From Epithemia pelagica (lineage: Eukaryota > Protista > Bacillariophyta): a stretch of DNA of 64,000 bases. Both the position numbers and the translations under genes were made by a program. Below the pieces are notes generated by a model. That model searched no databases, was not told the origin of the DNA, and saw only the letters and a list, made by a program, of their open reading frames with translations. The stretch spans positions 1,798,001 to 1,862,000 of the forward strand of contig OX337230.1 in the NCBI GenBank assembly GCA_946965045.2. Direction: 5' to 3'. Positions 43,185 through 56,355 of this stretch are shown in pieces (position 1 is the stretch's first letter; the number at the start of each line of letters is the position of its first letter).

Positions 43185-45773
43185 TTATTTCTTCTTCTTC
43201 TTCTTTTTATTCCGAGACGCTTTTCGCTCCTTGGCAGAAGAAAATGTTCCCTTATTTCGTGTTTCCATCTCGTCCTTTCTAATGTTGTCGGCTGGATTGT
43301 CCAATGTTGCCAAGACACGGCATAGTTTATCTGTAGAGTCCGATGTGCTTGTCAAAGGGCCCGTGGAAAAGTCGTCAATTTCTTCGGGGCTCTGGTAGTC
43401 CCAGATTGCCAGCTGAGATTTCTTGAACACCAAAAATTCCATGGATGTGCTAGATGTCTCACCACCAACGTAGTCAGACCAAGGCATGAGTAAAGGGCTC
43501 ACAACAACATCATCTGGACCAATATCTTCATTTTTAGGAAGCTCGTCTGAAAGGCAGACTTTTGCCATCTCCCCTTTCCATTCACCGTCTGCGATAATCG
43601 TGACAGACTCTCCCGCAGAAAGTTCGTAGCTGTCGGGAATCAGTCGGAGACCCTGCTCTCGAAGACGGTCTGCGTCATCCTTGACGGCCCTCCGAACAGT
43701 TCGTACTTCGGATAAAATATCACCCACCAGCTCCAGAGAGTCCCGACTATCTTTGATTTTCTTGTAATACTCGTCCAGTCGTTTCTCCAATAGGCCAAAA
43801 TGTCGTACGTAGCTCAGTGCGACTCGTCGTAAGGCAGCTTGGCATTCAACTGTATCCATGCGGTATTTTTCTGCTTTTACTCTTGCGCTTTCCGCCATCT
43901 GGAGTTCTAATTGCATAGACTCAGTGAGGGATTCAAGAAATTTAGCCTCCTCATGTTCAGTATCCAGAAGGAAAGTGGCACGTTCGAGTACATCGTTTGG
44001 TAACTTCGGTGTACACCGAGATGCCGCGCTGAGTGCAGACGACTCACCAATTATTCCGTATTGAAGCTGATAAGCTTGGCGTTGTGAACTTTCCGAAGCA
44101 GATGCAATCATCTTAACTGACGCGCATCCAAAATCGGGACTCTTAAACGAAAGAGTTTTCAAACGAGGACAGTGAGTAGTGCCGACAATACGCACTCCTG
44201 AATTGGAGAGCATTTTTTCCATGATAGAGTGAGCAATGGCACCCCCTGCATTCTGATCAGTTCCACCTCCAATTTCATCAAGAAGTAACAAATTGAAATG
44301 CGATTCATCTGACTCTACTGTCTCACTGACGAGGTTGGAGTATTCCGCGAGTTTTCCCATGAATGTCGACTGACCGTCCGAGACACTTTGGCAGTCTCCA
44401 ATCGATGCGTGGATCCCATCAAAGAAGTCAACGCGAACACGACGTGGTCCTGCTTCTCCTTTTGACGTGACTGGGATTGGGATTCCGAGCTTCACAAAGG
44501 CGGCGGCCACTCCAAACGATTTCATCGCTACCGTTTTGCCGCCCCCATTGACCCCGCTAATGATCAGCGCACGATCTCTACCAGACCCTGATAACTTCAG
44601 GTCGATCGGAACAGCGTCATCCGAATCGAGAAGTGGATGACAAAAACCATCGACGGTAATTGTGCCATTGTATTTGACCTTCGGTACAACGCATGCATGG
44701 TCAGCCCCAAATGCCGCCTTTGCGAAGATCGTGTCAAGGCGCGCCACTGTTGACAAACCACGGTCGATTTCATGCCTTCGTCTGGATACCTTAACGACGA
44801 GATCATGACGGATCATTTCCTCAATGTTGCTGATTTCTTCCTGGAGCTCCGCCAGTTCTTTATCTAAATTTTGCCTTCTCGCATTGACTGTCGCTTTTTG
44901 CAGTTCATCTTCCCTTTCTCGGAGAAGACGAAGGACAGGGAACTTTTGATTACTGAAACGGAATTGATAGCTCTGTCGTCCACTGGGGTCGAGCGCTGTC
45001 TTCACTCGTGTCACTTCCACACTTCCTCCAAGATCGCCAGATATATCACCGAGGTTGCTCGCGTGAATACCACAACCAATTTTTGCAAGATTTGGAGTCC
45101 AGGTTTGTATTGGAGCGGACGAGGCCCAGTCATAGACACGTAACAACTTGTGTATTACTTGATCAGCTTTTAGAATATCTTCCAATGTCCACTTTTCTAC
45201 AGGAGAATCTAACCACTCATCGTCATCAGTATCTGCTATGGAAGATGTGTCGAATGGTCCCGAATTCGCACCGTAAATATCAGGAAGGGTCAAGTTCTCA
45301 ACTTGGTGCATCGCCACAATCTCGGTGTCAGACGAGAGCAACTGCAGTGCTTCACGAACAACTTCAAACTCTTGTCGAGCTTGCTCAGAGGTTTGAGAGA
45401 CTGTAATGCTAAATGCAGTTTCCCGTGAAAATCTGTCTGTACCGCTTGACCTTGCCCACTTTTGTCGAGATGGTACCGACGATTGAGACTGGAAAAATCC
45501 CTTCCGTTTCCCCTCCTTTGATCCATCCCCCGCCAGGCCCAAAAGCGCCATACGCCCACGCCTTGTTCCAGCATACTGTGATATTTTCTGGACAATTTCA
45601 GAGAGATCCAATGTTGTCCAAATGCTTGCTGTTGACGGAAGAGTAGGATGCGGTGGACTTTGTCTCGAAAGAGGGAGATCGAACTGGTTGTCTGGCCGTG
45701 CTGGGTCTCCCGGTTCCCGTGACAGCGATGAGAGCAGTAACAACGATAAGGACGGCAACGAGCGCATCATCAA
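43185..45773 (-). CDS. MutS2: MutS2-family ATPase with an N-terminal signal-like peptide; no Smr domain visible
   Basis: Motifs ISGVNGGGKT, IGD.QS....STF, LLLDEIGGGTD, TTH, IGESSAL; coiled-coil and KOW-like C-terminal region. Confidence 0.85.
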   Translation of the reverse strand: MMMRSLPSLSLLLLSSLSREPGDPARPDNQFDLPLSRQSPPHPTLPSTASIWTTLDLSEIVQKISQYAGTRRGRMALLGLAGDGSKEGKRKGFFQSQSSVPSRQKWARSSGTDRFSRETAFSITVSQTSEQARQEFEVVREALQLLSSDTEIVAMHQVENLTLPDIYGANSGPFDTSSIADTDDDEWLDSPVEKWTLEDILKADQVIHKLLRVYDWASSAPIQTWTPNLAKIGCGIHASNLGDISGDLGGSVEVTRVKTALDPSGRQSYQFRFSNQKFPVLRLLREREDELQKATVNARRQNLDKELAELQEEISNIEEMIRHDLVVKVSRRRHEIDRGLSTVARLDTIFAKAAFGADHACVVPKVKYNGTITVDGFCHPLLDSDDAVPIDLKLSGSGRDRALIISGVNGGGKTVAMKSFGVAAAFVKLGIPIPVTSKGEAGPRRVRVDFFDGIHASIGDCQSVSDGQSTFMGKLAEYSNLVSETVESDESHFNLLLLDEIGGGTDQNAGGAIAHSIMEKMLSNSGVRIVGTTHCPRLKTLSFKSPDFGCASVKMIASASESSQRQAYQLQYGIIGESSALSAASRCTPKLPNDVLERATFLLDTEHEEAKFLESLTESMQLELQMAESARVKAEKYRMDTVECQAALRRVALSYVRHFGLLEKRLDEYYKKIKDSRDSLELVGDILSEVRTVRRAVKDDADRLREQGLRLIPDSYELSAGESVTIIADGEWKGEMAKVCLSDELPKNEDIGPDDVVVSPLLMPWSDYVGGETSSTSMEFLVFKKSQLAIWDYQSPEEIDDFSTGPLTSTSDSTDKLCRVLATLDNPADNIRKDEMETRNKGTFSSAKERKASRNKKKKKKK

Positions 45774-46352
45774 GCCATCGAGGAATGTTCACATCAAGAA
45801 ACATGGTCTCTGCAATATCTGGGTTCGGCTACTGAAACTTTCGCAGTCGGTTTTCTATCGCAAATCGCAATACGAGTTAGGCCCAAGAGGTAAGCAAAAT
45901 CTAACAGGTAGAAGATTGGGAATGTTGGTCGTTGACGACATTGATGTGACAATGACCATCAATCTGGTTGCTGGTTGCGCAGTCACCCGTCCCAGTCACG
46001 TCACTGACTGCCTCTCTTGAACTTGAACGGAGTATTGGGAAGTACACTATTATTGTAGCCCCACCACCTGCGAAATCCCCCAAAACACATGAGCGAAATA
46101 AGCGAAATAAGCCCAGCTCTTGTTGAATGACCAATTGCCAATTGGCTGCGCCAGTGGTAGGGCAAATAATGATTCGTCATTCGTCACCGGAACAAGAAAT
46201 TCTAACAACAATATGATATTGGTCCGGTATCCGGTAGAGTTGAGGCTAAAAGTGAAGGTCGAAGCATTTCATCGGTCGTTGATTCACCATGAGAGTTTTG
46301 TTAGAACCCAGTTGTTCGTTGATGACAACAACAGAAACAAAGAAGAGAGAAG

Positions 46353-47404
46353 ATGGATAATCCACTCCAGTATCGCGAGCAGGTCGAAGCTGCTAACGAA
46401 GAGTTCTTCAATGGACTTTCACCGGAAGAGCAACGCAAACGGTCGCTAGGGCGCTACTTTGCGGCACTGGAAACGGTCTTCGATCGAGGCGCTGTGGCCC
46501 TTTCATCGTCTTGGTTCGCCCGCATCAGACGCTCCGAAGAGCAGGGAAGACGACTGTACCCCTCAACCGCAAATCAGGAATTTTTGGACGTCTTGTCAGA
46601 AGCCGGAACGGATGTCTCCGACACCACGAATACTCTCCAGATCAATTCCTCCGTAGACTTTCTATCAAATGTTCTGTCGGAAAAGGCATACCTCTTATCT
46701 AATGCGAAGCTTTATCATGCGGCTTACTTACACATTGGGCAAGCAGTAACGGGTGTCTTCGTGGCTGAGAGTTTCAAACGAAGGAAGCTCTTGAATGGAA
46801 TGAAGGGGAGACATCGACTCCGGTATCAAGCATAACAAATTCAACAAATTGTACCTCAAGAGTCAGAAACATTTTTTGGGTTCAACACCGCCGGCTCTAA
46901 TTGTGGTCCCTCTTATGCCCCTGGATCTGATCAAAGATTGGGACGGGATCACGCCCTACTCTGCCATGGTACTGCCGTGTGGACCGTTGGGTAGGCAAGC
47001 CGCCGAAGATGTCCTCAAGTATTCCAGAGAACAGTGCTCAAAGGATGAAGTTGAGATCGCCGTATCAGTACTGGCAACATTCATCCGCGATATTGCCGAG
47101 TCCCTAGTAGACATGGAACACAATATTGTCGCCGAATTTGATACTTACGCAGGTCAAACAAATGATAGCTCTGTCTGCCGGTGGAAAGAGCTGGTTCGAG
47201 AGCTTCGTGGTGCGGCGAATCCATCGATCAATCAGAATTGCCAAAGGAACGCTCTCCCATATTAGTTCTTGCCTTCCGGATCCTTTTCTTTTGGCACTCA
47301 AGGGGGCCGTCAACTACTCCTCCCATATCGGGACGAAGCTCATGCCCTCTTGTCCAGCAGGAAAAGTTGATTTGGAAGATTTGTCGGACGACGAAAGAGT
47401 GTAA
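46353..47404 (+). pseudogene. Hypothetical gene broken into three frames
   Basis: Consecutive coding-like ORFs 46353-46835, 46849-47265 and 47126-47404 (PDPFLLALKGAVNYS) with no convincing introns at the switches. Confidence 0.5.
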
Positions 47405-48099
47405 AGGTTAATGACTGTGCATGATCATGCGAATGGACTTCACGCCCTTTGATGTCAGTGGAATTCTACGTAAGCGTCGCGAATGCAGTTGTGGTCAGGC
47501 CAATCCTTCACTTCCATCCCGCACATTCAGATAAAGCAAGTCTCTTAGTCGCAATGAATCTACTGCTATGCAACAACTATACTCACGAATCAGAGGTTGG
47601 CGATGCTCTGTATGCGCCGCTAGAGCAGAAGCTTTAGAGAAAACTGAAGGACTAGACTGGTAACCGAACTCTTTTCAGTATTCCATTTCACCCTATTTTT
47701 CAATTACTTATCACTCCATTTGCTATGTTGTTTGACATGCCCGTATGCGGATTCATCCCAATGCGTTTGGACAAGCTCCTCCTCAATCTCACCCACCAAC
47801 ACTTCAACTACAAACGACAGGGCACAGACATGAGGAGCGAGAGCATCGTCGATGCAATCCTACCCATGTCTTACCAAGAACGAAGACGATTGGGACTCCA
47901 AGCTAGATTCACCTTCAGTTCTCCCAAGGACACACCCCCGGTGGTCATTGTGAACGACGGCGAACTAGAGGAGCTCCCTATCGTTGATGCCCAGGTAGTT
48001 GATAACGGCGACCGAGTGCGAGTGGACCGTACGAAAGGGCTAGAAAACCTAAACCCTACACTAAAAGCTAGCCTCCACACTCCACATCAGGGTGACCGT

Positions 48100-48550
48100 T
48101 TAGACAGTCTAAAATATTTCGGGTCTAAAATAAATCTAAAAGTACTGTTAGACTGTATAAAATGTCTAAAACAGGGTCTAAAATCTCTCCGTGGTTTTGT
48201 ACGGCGAAGCAATAACCCTAACCCTAGTCAGCCAGCTTCTAGGAGCGAGCATTGTCTATGACAACACATCCAGAGGACCTCATAGCTTCATCATCTAAGT
48301 TATTGGATGGTATGGATAACATTGTTCTTGCACTCTCTAAGCATGAGAGAGGATAACTGAGAGACCTTACTTTGTTCATTGCGATGGCATTGAGATGAAT
48401 GAGGCAGAACGGTCTCCTACTCACGCAGAGGTGGCGGCGCTACTGAAGGGTTAAGGTTAAGAGTCTAAGAATTTTATTTTAGACTCGACCTCTGTCTAAA
48501 ATAATTATACCCTTTTAGACCGGGTCTAAAAGTGGGGGTATAATTAGACT
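48100..48550. repeat. Two clusters of (G)TCTAAAA / TTTTAGA motifs, the second containing a bulged hairpin
   Basis: Clusters at about 48100-48185 and 48460-48550. TAATTATACCC-TTTTAGAC-CGG-GTCTAAAA-gtgg-GGGTATAATTA. Confidence 0.6.
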
Positions 48551-49078
48551 CCGGTCACCCTCAATGTACACCCAAGTTAAGATGGGACCAAGGAACATGG
48601 TCAGGCCACGTCATGAAGTCTGAGCATTGGCTTTGGAGTGCAAGTCGGGCGGTCCACCCAAAAGAAGAGCCGGCCTCGCTGTCACACAAAGAATGAGGCA
48701 GAACGGGCGTGCAATTCGGAAGAGGAAGTTCTAAAAAGAACATGTGCATCCCATCTACTGCGACAAAGCCTCTTCCATTCCGTATCTCAAAGTGGACTGC
48801 CTCCAAATAGAGGATCGTCTGATTCAAGAAGCATGGGCACTCTTGAATCAAACAACAATGCGCCAACAATGGATCCCTAATGGAGCGCGGCATGCGATCC
48901 ATGACAAACAAGCAAAGACGCAGCAAGCAAAACAAGATGGACACGGAGAGCTCACTCTTTGGGTTTTCTACGGTTCGTCGGCAAAGGTCTGATCCCCTTT
49001 GGCGCCGTTCTTGATTTCTAAAGAGTTGAAACTCCAACTTTCTCTGCTCACTTCGCTCTCTTACTTACTCCTCCTACC

Positions 49079-51532
49079 ATGTCGGTTCCTCCTCCTCCTC
49101 CTCCTGCACAGGATGCTGATACGCTCCTCTCTGCGCTCGTCGCTTTGGCCTCCGTGGCTAACACCCCTGCGGCTGGGGCCGCCCGTCCCTCTACGGCGGC
49201 TCTGGGGGGGGATCGCGGTCAAATCTCCTTTGCTGCTGACCCTCCCACGGATGAGATGATGGTTCAAGGCACGGAAACCGCATTGTTTCCCGAGAGCACC
49301 ACGGACCCTACTGTCCTTGGACGCTCTACCGTTGGTAGTAAGTTTGGTGTCGTGGCACTTTGCGCAAGCGAATGTGCAGACAAGTTGTTGTGTTTGGGTC
49401 TCAAGCGCGGCGGAGCAACCTTTTGCATGGACCCCAAGTGCGTTAAAGCCGGGGACCATGGAACTGGTTTAGCTCCCGTCGACTTGGGACCCTCAGGAGG
49501 ATTGTTCATTACCAAGAACCCTGCCTCTGCCTTTTGCACTCCGGTTATCTCGTTGGATGAGATTTCTCAGGAGACGCTGGACCAAGTCCAGCATGAAAAA
49601 CACACTATGGAAGAATGGACGAAGAAATTTGTTGCTATGAAACGTCTTAATCAAGTTAAGAAAGAAGGTCACTTGGATGCCAGTCTGAAGGAAACGGAGC
49701 ATAAAATCTCCAAGGCTGACTCCCTCCGTACCCTGCTTACACTCAAGAAAGCTACCTCTACCTCCACCTCCTTCGTCGTTGAGAATTTCTCTCCTCACCA
49801 CAAGATTTTGGACGGGATCTGAAGGATGTGATTCGGAAGATTGCTGTTGACTCCTCCTTGGTTCCGATAACTCTTCGCGAAATCGAAGACTCGGTGATGG
49901 AAGCAGGAGAGGTGATCCAGACTTTGTCCTTGGAACAACAAACCATTTCGCGTCAAAACAGCACAGCCGTTGAAGCTCTAGGAATCAAATTTGATAAACT
50001 ATCCATGGAAATTGGACCTCGAGAGGACTTGCCGGACGAGTACCAAGCCCCGACCCTCTGGGGAATCATCTCGTCGATGATTCGATCCATTCAAGAATCC
50101 TCTCCCTCGACGACTGAATCTCACCAACGTGCGGTGGATAGTCGCCTTGCCGCGGTTGAGTCCTCTATTGCTGCTTTCTTTTCAACCATTCAAGGTCAAG
50201 TCTCTTCGAAGTTGTCGTCGATCCAAGTTGAGACTCGTAGCTCGGTAGACAAGCTTCGAAACCAATCGTGCAAGGCTTCAAAGGAATCCTCGATCGCTTG
50301 TCGGCCCTTGAATCTGACACGACGCTCACCAGCCGTATCCTGACCATCGAAACCAAGATGTCGTCCCATGAAATTTTGCTTAGCCAAATGGGAACCTTCT
50401 CGCAGATGTTCGGCGCAACACAGACGACATCCAACACAGGATCACCAGCGCTTAAAAGCAAAGTCACTGCACTTGAAGGGGACATCGCAAATCTGAGGAC
50501 TCTCTTGGGCGATGCCAATCTGGAAATGCAACGTCTCAAGGGCAAGGTTGACACTTCCACCATCAAGTTTGGAAACCTCGGTGTGGCAACGGTTGACGAC
50601 TGCAAAGCCTGGGTGGCCCTCAAGTTCGGGTCAAGAGCGTACGGCCTTTTGTTTGACCTCAACTTGGTGCTCGAATGGTGTGCCCCGCAGGAGAATGGGG
50701 ATGTTTTATCCATGCTGACTACCATGGAAAAACGCCACAAGATGCAGATCGCGACAACAAATGAAGCTCGAGCGATTTATGCGATGAAGAATGAATTTCC
50801 CCAGCTCTTGTACAAAGATTTCCCTGGCACTGGGCGGGATCCTTCGTTTCTCACTGCGATAAAGAGTACTCGGATTGGGAGTCGCCCGAGACGGGAGTTC
50901 GTGACCGAATCCTGAATCGTCTAGGTAACATTAACTCTATGTTCGGAGAGCAAATTGCCACAACGATGGCTAATGAACCTGAAGCCCGTTCCTTAGCCTT
51001 ATCTTTGCTTTCAGTTTCGGTGGGTTGTTGCCGTGAATTGGTAACCTATTTTGATGAAACCATGAATGAACTCACCATCAAGTCGAAGTTTACTACCCGC
51101 AAGGCCTTCAGTTTGGTTACCCAAGTGGTCAGGCGCTTCTTCATGGACTTATACAAGGTTAGGGCTCAAGTCTACTCGTCCCTTTCGACCACTGATAGTG
51201 CTGGGCAGTGCGCATGGATCCTTTACGGCGTCCTCCGTACCCACGATGTCATGAGCGATTACGTAAAAGCCCGTTTCAAGAACCATCCGTCCGTTTCAAG
51301 CGAATACATTCGCTTCCTTTCCACCAACTCAGGCTTCGAGTCCCTCAAGACGCTAGAAGATCAAGTGGAATCCTTGAAGCGTACCTCTGCTCAACTGGTC
51401 AAAGATGTTACCTCGGCCAAGAAAGCTTCCGATACGGCCAGCAGCACTGTGGACAGTGTCAAAAAGGATGTGGGCGAATTGAAGAAACAAGCCCAGCGTC
51501 GTGGTGGTTCTACCAACGGTGACAAGAAGTGA
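49079..51532 (+). pseudogene. gag of copy 2 with three 1-nt deletions
   Basis: Relative to copy 1, frameshifts near 49815, 50266 and 50861. Confidence 0.9.
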
Positions 51533-54500
51533 CGGTGTGCCGCGCCTAAACTAGATGAAAACGTTTTGTATGTTGACTCTGGTTTAGACGCTGGTAGTAT
51601 TGCATCATCCATAAGCAGTGTGGGACCTGGCTCTCCTGGTGGTGTTGGTGCCAAACGCCCAGCCTTACCACCGCCTAGCATTGTCGTTTCGGTCAAACGC
51701 TCCAGGCATCGTCCTACTGATCGAGGATCACGGGTCTTCCGAAGTGATTTGTCTTGTCTTATCCTTGGTCAAACATCCCTTTCGTGGGGACTTGGTCTCA
51801 GTCTCGGTGACTGGCACGGCATTTACATGTTGGCTGCCGAGTATGAAGCACGACGAGAGAACCCCTTTTGGCGTGCCGTTTTGCTTCATCTTGGGGACAA
51901 GCTCCACTTAGTCCCTAGCATCGACGTTGTTCTGGGACGAGGGATCATTTCGGTTGTACTGTTGGAAGGCGATCCCGATTACCTCGCGTCTTCCTTGCTT
52001 TTCGTCCCTCCGAGTTGGCCTGTTTTATTGTTGCTTCCTTCGGGATGGAGTCGCCCCACCCTTCCTCAAGTTCAATGGTTGTCGGTCACTCATCGTCAAT
52101 GTGGAGGTGTCACGACCGCTCGTGTCCACGTTGGGCGTCGTGGTACTCCCCCATTGTTTTTCCATGTCACCACGCGGCGCACGCTGGGTTCGATCATCTC
52201 GCATTCAGTCCGTCCTTCCCCATGTGGGGCGCCCACTCTGCCTGATCCTTATTACTCCTGTGACGATCAGTTGCACACCCGTGCTCTTTTCAAGCCCATC
52301 CGGTTGTCCACGCACTTTTCAAAGACGGGTTGGGGTTGTCGACCGCTTACTGATGAAGAAATTGGGACGGCGTTCGATTTGCCGCTTTGGGTCATCAATG
52401 ATACGGTCGCTTTCCGTTGGTGGTGCTCCCACATGATTCATCCGCGGGTTATTCCCATCAAGATCCCCGCTTTATTGTTGAATTCCGCTTTGCCACACTT
52501 GGACCCTGTTCTGATCCATCACACTAGTACCGCCGGCAACAAACACGGTGGACCCCCATCCCCGTTTCGTCCCTGCAAACGAGGCCGTTGGTTGACCCCT
52601 CTTTCGGAAACTGTTCAAGACGGCGTCCTAGGCACCACCTTTTCGTTCTTGTCCGCCTTTCTCCCTCATGACGCGTGGCTCGACGATTCCAAGATTTCGG
52701 ATATTGCGGTTAAGGCAGATGACGCCCTGGCCCCTTTTTGGATTTGGGATGGGCGGATTCGGGGCATCTACCCTTGGATCACAGATTCGGCGCTCTCCGG
52801 CTTCCGCTTGTTGGCTTTGCTTTGGTGGCGTCGCTCCTTGGTGCGGAGTTTCTTGGCTTATTTACGTTTGCGGTTTGGTGCGAATTGGCCATCCTTGGTG
52901 GCCTCTTCATCACTCCAGGGGGGGAGGAGTCTTTCGATTTTGATTCGTTTCCCGTGCTGCTATCCGCCGGCCGCTGTGTCTTGTCCCAACTTCTTCGTTC
53001 CACCTGGTGGGACTGGGATGCGGGTTCTTCGTTGATTTTTTGGCGCTGGAACGGCCTCTTCCAACAAGCGGATGCCTGGTTTGGCACTCCCATCCATGTC
53101 ACCGATGCTCTTCCTTCTTATCATCGGCGTCAGCGTGCTCCTCCTGCGGAATTACTCCCTCAAGTCTCCAAGAAATTATTGACGGTTCTCGAGCGTGGTT
53201 ATTTGGATGGTGTCTCTCCTCCCTCCAGCATGACCGACTACTTTGCTGTACCAAAAGGCGACAATGACATTCGGATGGTCTATAATGGCACAAGCTGCGG
53301 GTTGAATAAGTCCCTGTGGGCTCCAAATTTTTGGTTACCAACGTCTGAGTCGGCTCTTCGATTATTGACCACCGATTCCTATTGTGGGGACATGGATTTG
53401 GGGGAAATGTTTTTGAATTTCCCCATGGACGTACACCTTCGACCCTATGCCGGTGTAGACATGAATCCTGTCCAGTCACACCTCACCCCAGAAGCTACAG
53501 CCCTCTCTCCTGAATCTGGTAGGGTGCGGTGGAATCGTTTGTTTATGGGTATGCTTCCGAGTCCGTTCCACGCCGCCCGCCAATACTACTTGGCTGAGGA
53601 AATAGCAAAAGGAGCACCACAGGATCCAACCAATCCGTGTGGTTTTGATTCGATTTGCTTCAACATCCCTGGCTCCGCTGATTACACCCCAACTTTGCCT
53701 TGGGTCATGAAGTGGAGCTCTAGAATCGACAACATTACGGGAGACGTAGTTACCTACATGGACGACTTGCGAACGGTCGGTTCCTCAGCCGAACATGCAT
53801 GGCAGGTGGCACGTCAACTGGGGGCTAGATTGCAATATCTAGGAATTCAAGACGCGCCTCGAAAGCGGAGACCACTTTCCAAAACTCCCGGTGCATGGGC
53901 TGGCAGTGTACACCATATCTCAGCCACGACCATATCAAAAACGCTCACCACTCAAAAGAAATGGGACAAGGGTAAGAAACTCCTGGAAAAATACGTGGAC
54001 GCATATACCAAGAGTGACTCCCCCACGTTCGATCACAAGCAAATGCAACGAGACGTGGGCTTCTTCGTTCATCAAGCGCTGACCTACAATTCGCTAATGC
54101 CCTTTCTAAAGGATTTCTATTTGACTATGAATGTTTGGAGACCCGGGCGCAATGGCAAAGGATGGAAGCTTTCAACAAGGGAGTGGCTTTCCCAGCTACA
54201 AGAAAAGTTTGGGGACGAAGAAATCAACACCATTTGTGGGTTCTTAGACATAGATGAAGATGAAGATTTGCATACAGAACCAACCAACAAAGAAAAGGAC
54301 ATCCCACCAGCATGGGTCAAGGCAGTTCCGAGGCTGCGAACCGATGTACGAGCCATTGCGGTCATGCTAGGCTCGGAGGATCCTCCTAAGGTCCAAGTCA
54401 GGTCGGAAACCATCTTTGTTGCACTATTCGGATGCGGCGATGCTTCGGGATGTGGATTCGGGGCAGCCTTCCAACTCCCTCAAAAGAAACTGTCGTATAG

Positions 54501-55461
54501 AGTGGGAGCATGGGGTAAGGACATCGTGGTAGGAGAATCTTCCAACTGGAAGGAATTTACCAACTGTGTAGAGTCGCTGGAGGAAGAAGCGTCCTTGGGC
54601 CATTTGGACAACACAGAAGTCTTCTTCTTCACAGACAACTCAACCGTCGAACGTTGTTTCTACAAGGGCTCATCATCAAGTCCAAAACTGCTAGAACTAG
54701 TGATCCGCTTACAACGACTAGAGATGCGCCATGCAATACGGCTGCATATCTCCCACGTATCAGGAAAGAGGATGATCGCTGTGGGAGTGGATCGCATTTC
54801 TAGAGGGCAATTGAACGAGGGAGTTATGGCGGGGACTCCCATGTTATCCTACATTCCTCTTCACAAGACTCCATTCCAGATGTCCGAGCATCTGTTTGAA
54901 TGGGTTTGTTCTTGGTTGGGACCCAAAGCAGAAGCGCTAACCCCCATGGACTGGTTCACAACAGGCCACGACATCCAGGGATGGTCTCTCTCAACAGAAC
55001 ATAACAAACTGTCCCTGCCTATCCTTCGGCCAGGACATTTTGTGTGGGCTCCGCCTCCAGGAGCAGCTGATGTGGCTCTCGAGGAATTGAGAAAAGCTCG
55101 TCACAAAAGACAATCTTCCATGCATGTTTTTCTTTGTCAACACCTGCTTACTCCAAAATGGTATAAGCAGTTGCACAAGGCATGCGATTTGGTTATGGAA
55201 ATCCCTGCTGGAACTTCGTTTTGGCCCGAAGGAAATTATGAACCTCTCATCGTTGGTCTTGTTTTTCCTTTTCTTAGGGCACAGCCGTGGCAATTGCGGG
55301 GCACCCCAAAAATGTTCTCAATGGACCGCCAATTGCGCAAATTGTGGAAAGAAGATCCAGTGGGTGGAAGGGATCTTCTGCGGAAATTTTGCATTCAGTG
55401 TTGGAAAATGCAGTCCATGTCGAAACGCATGGTGCGCAAGTTGTTATTCTTCGAACGATGA
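51533..55461 (+). pseudogene. pol of copy 2, frameshifted in a G-run
   Basis: G7 near 52918-52924 versus G8 in copy 1; ORF split into 51566-53035 and 52738-55461. Confidence 0.9.
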
Positions 55462-56355
55462 GGGCCGGTTCTTTGTGGCTTCCAGGAATTTGATGGTGGA
55501 AGAGTCGGACGCGGACCGGATCGTAGCGGCCACTTGGAGAGCGCGCACAAAGGACCGACAAGAAGATTATAGTCATGCGCGAGCGGGTGATCACTTGATG
55601 ACTCCTTTCGAGTGTGATTGGTGCATCTTTCGAAAGTTGAGAGGTGAGGAACCGGACCCAAGAAGCGTGCAAGACAAGTACTTGATGGTGTGCGTGCGGT
55701 GCATGAATCTTGATGCATTTTGGAGTCGGGCAGCAAGCACGGTCGCGCAAAACACCAGAAATGCCAGAAGGATGATCGAGAAGTCAATGAAAGTGGGAAT
55801 CCCTTATGGACCGTTCTTGAGCCACGGCCCGTTCCCAAGTTATGATCATTGTGGGTACCAAGTGGTATATTTGATGTTGGACAGTTCGTTGGACGAGGGA
55901 AAGTATCATACGGATAGAATGTGAGAGCAACAGCGGCCACTCTGGTTGATAATCGACCCCTGGTTTTGACGGACAACAATGGGAAAGCCTTCTCTCGGTT
56001 GGGCCAAGACGAGAGTGGATCATTATGGTTTTCAAGATTTGTTGAAGGTTGTCGCCGACGGATGGGCCAAGACTGGCGCCCGGACCAAGCAATATCCAGC
56101 GAATTGGTTGTTGCGTTGCTTGGTTCCTTGGAAGAAGAACTGAGGCGTCCGAACAATGTGACGGACCCATTTGTGACAGTTATGGCAGGAACCTTTTATG
56201 CTGTGTCCTTTGCTTTATCCTTGAGAGGGCCGGAAGGGCTGCTCCTTGATTTAGGAGCCATGACTCGATACGCAGATCTCTACAAGGACCGGGATTGCGT
56301 GGTGGTTTGTCTTTGGGGCCAATTCAAAGGCGAGCATTCTGAACGGGCTCATCTC

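Noticed and set aside
19417-48559. Possible inversion of the 29 kb between the two inverted retrotransposon copies
   Set aside because: Both flanks of copy 1 belong to the same TAC/GTA-rich patch and rebuild a coherent empty site; no positive evidence for swapped flanks.
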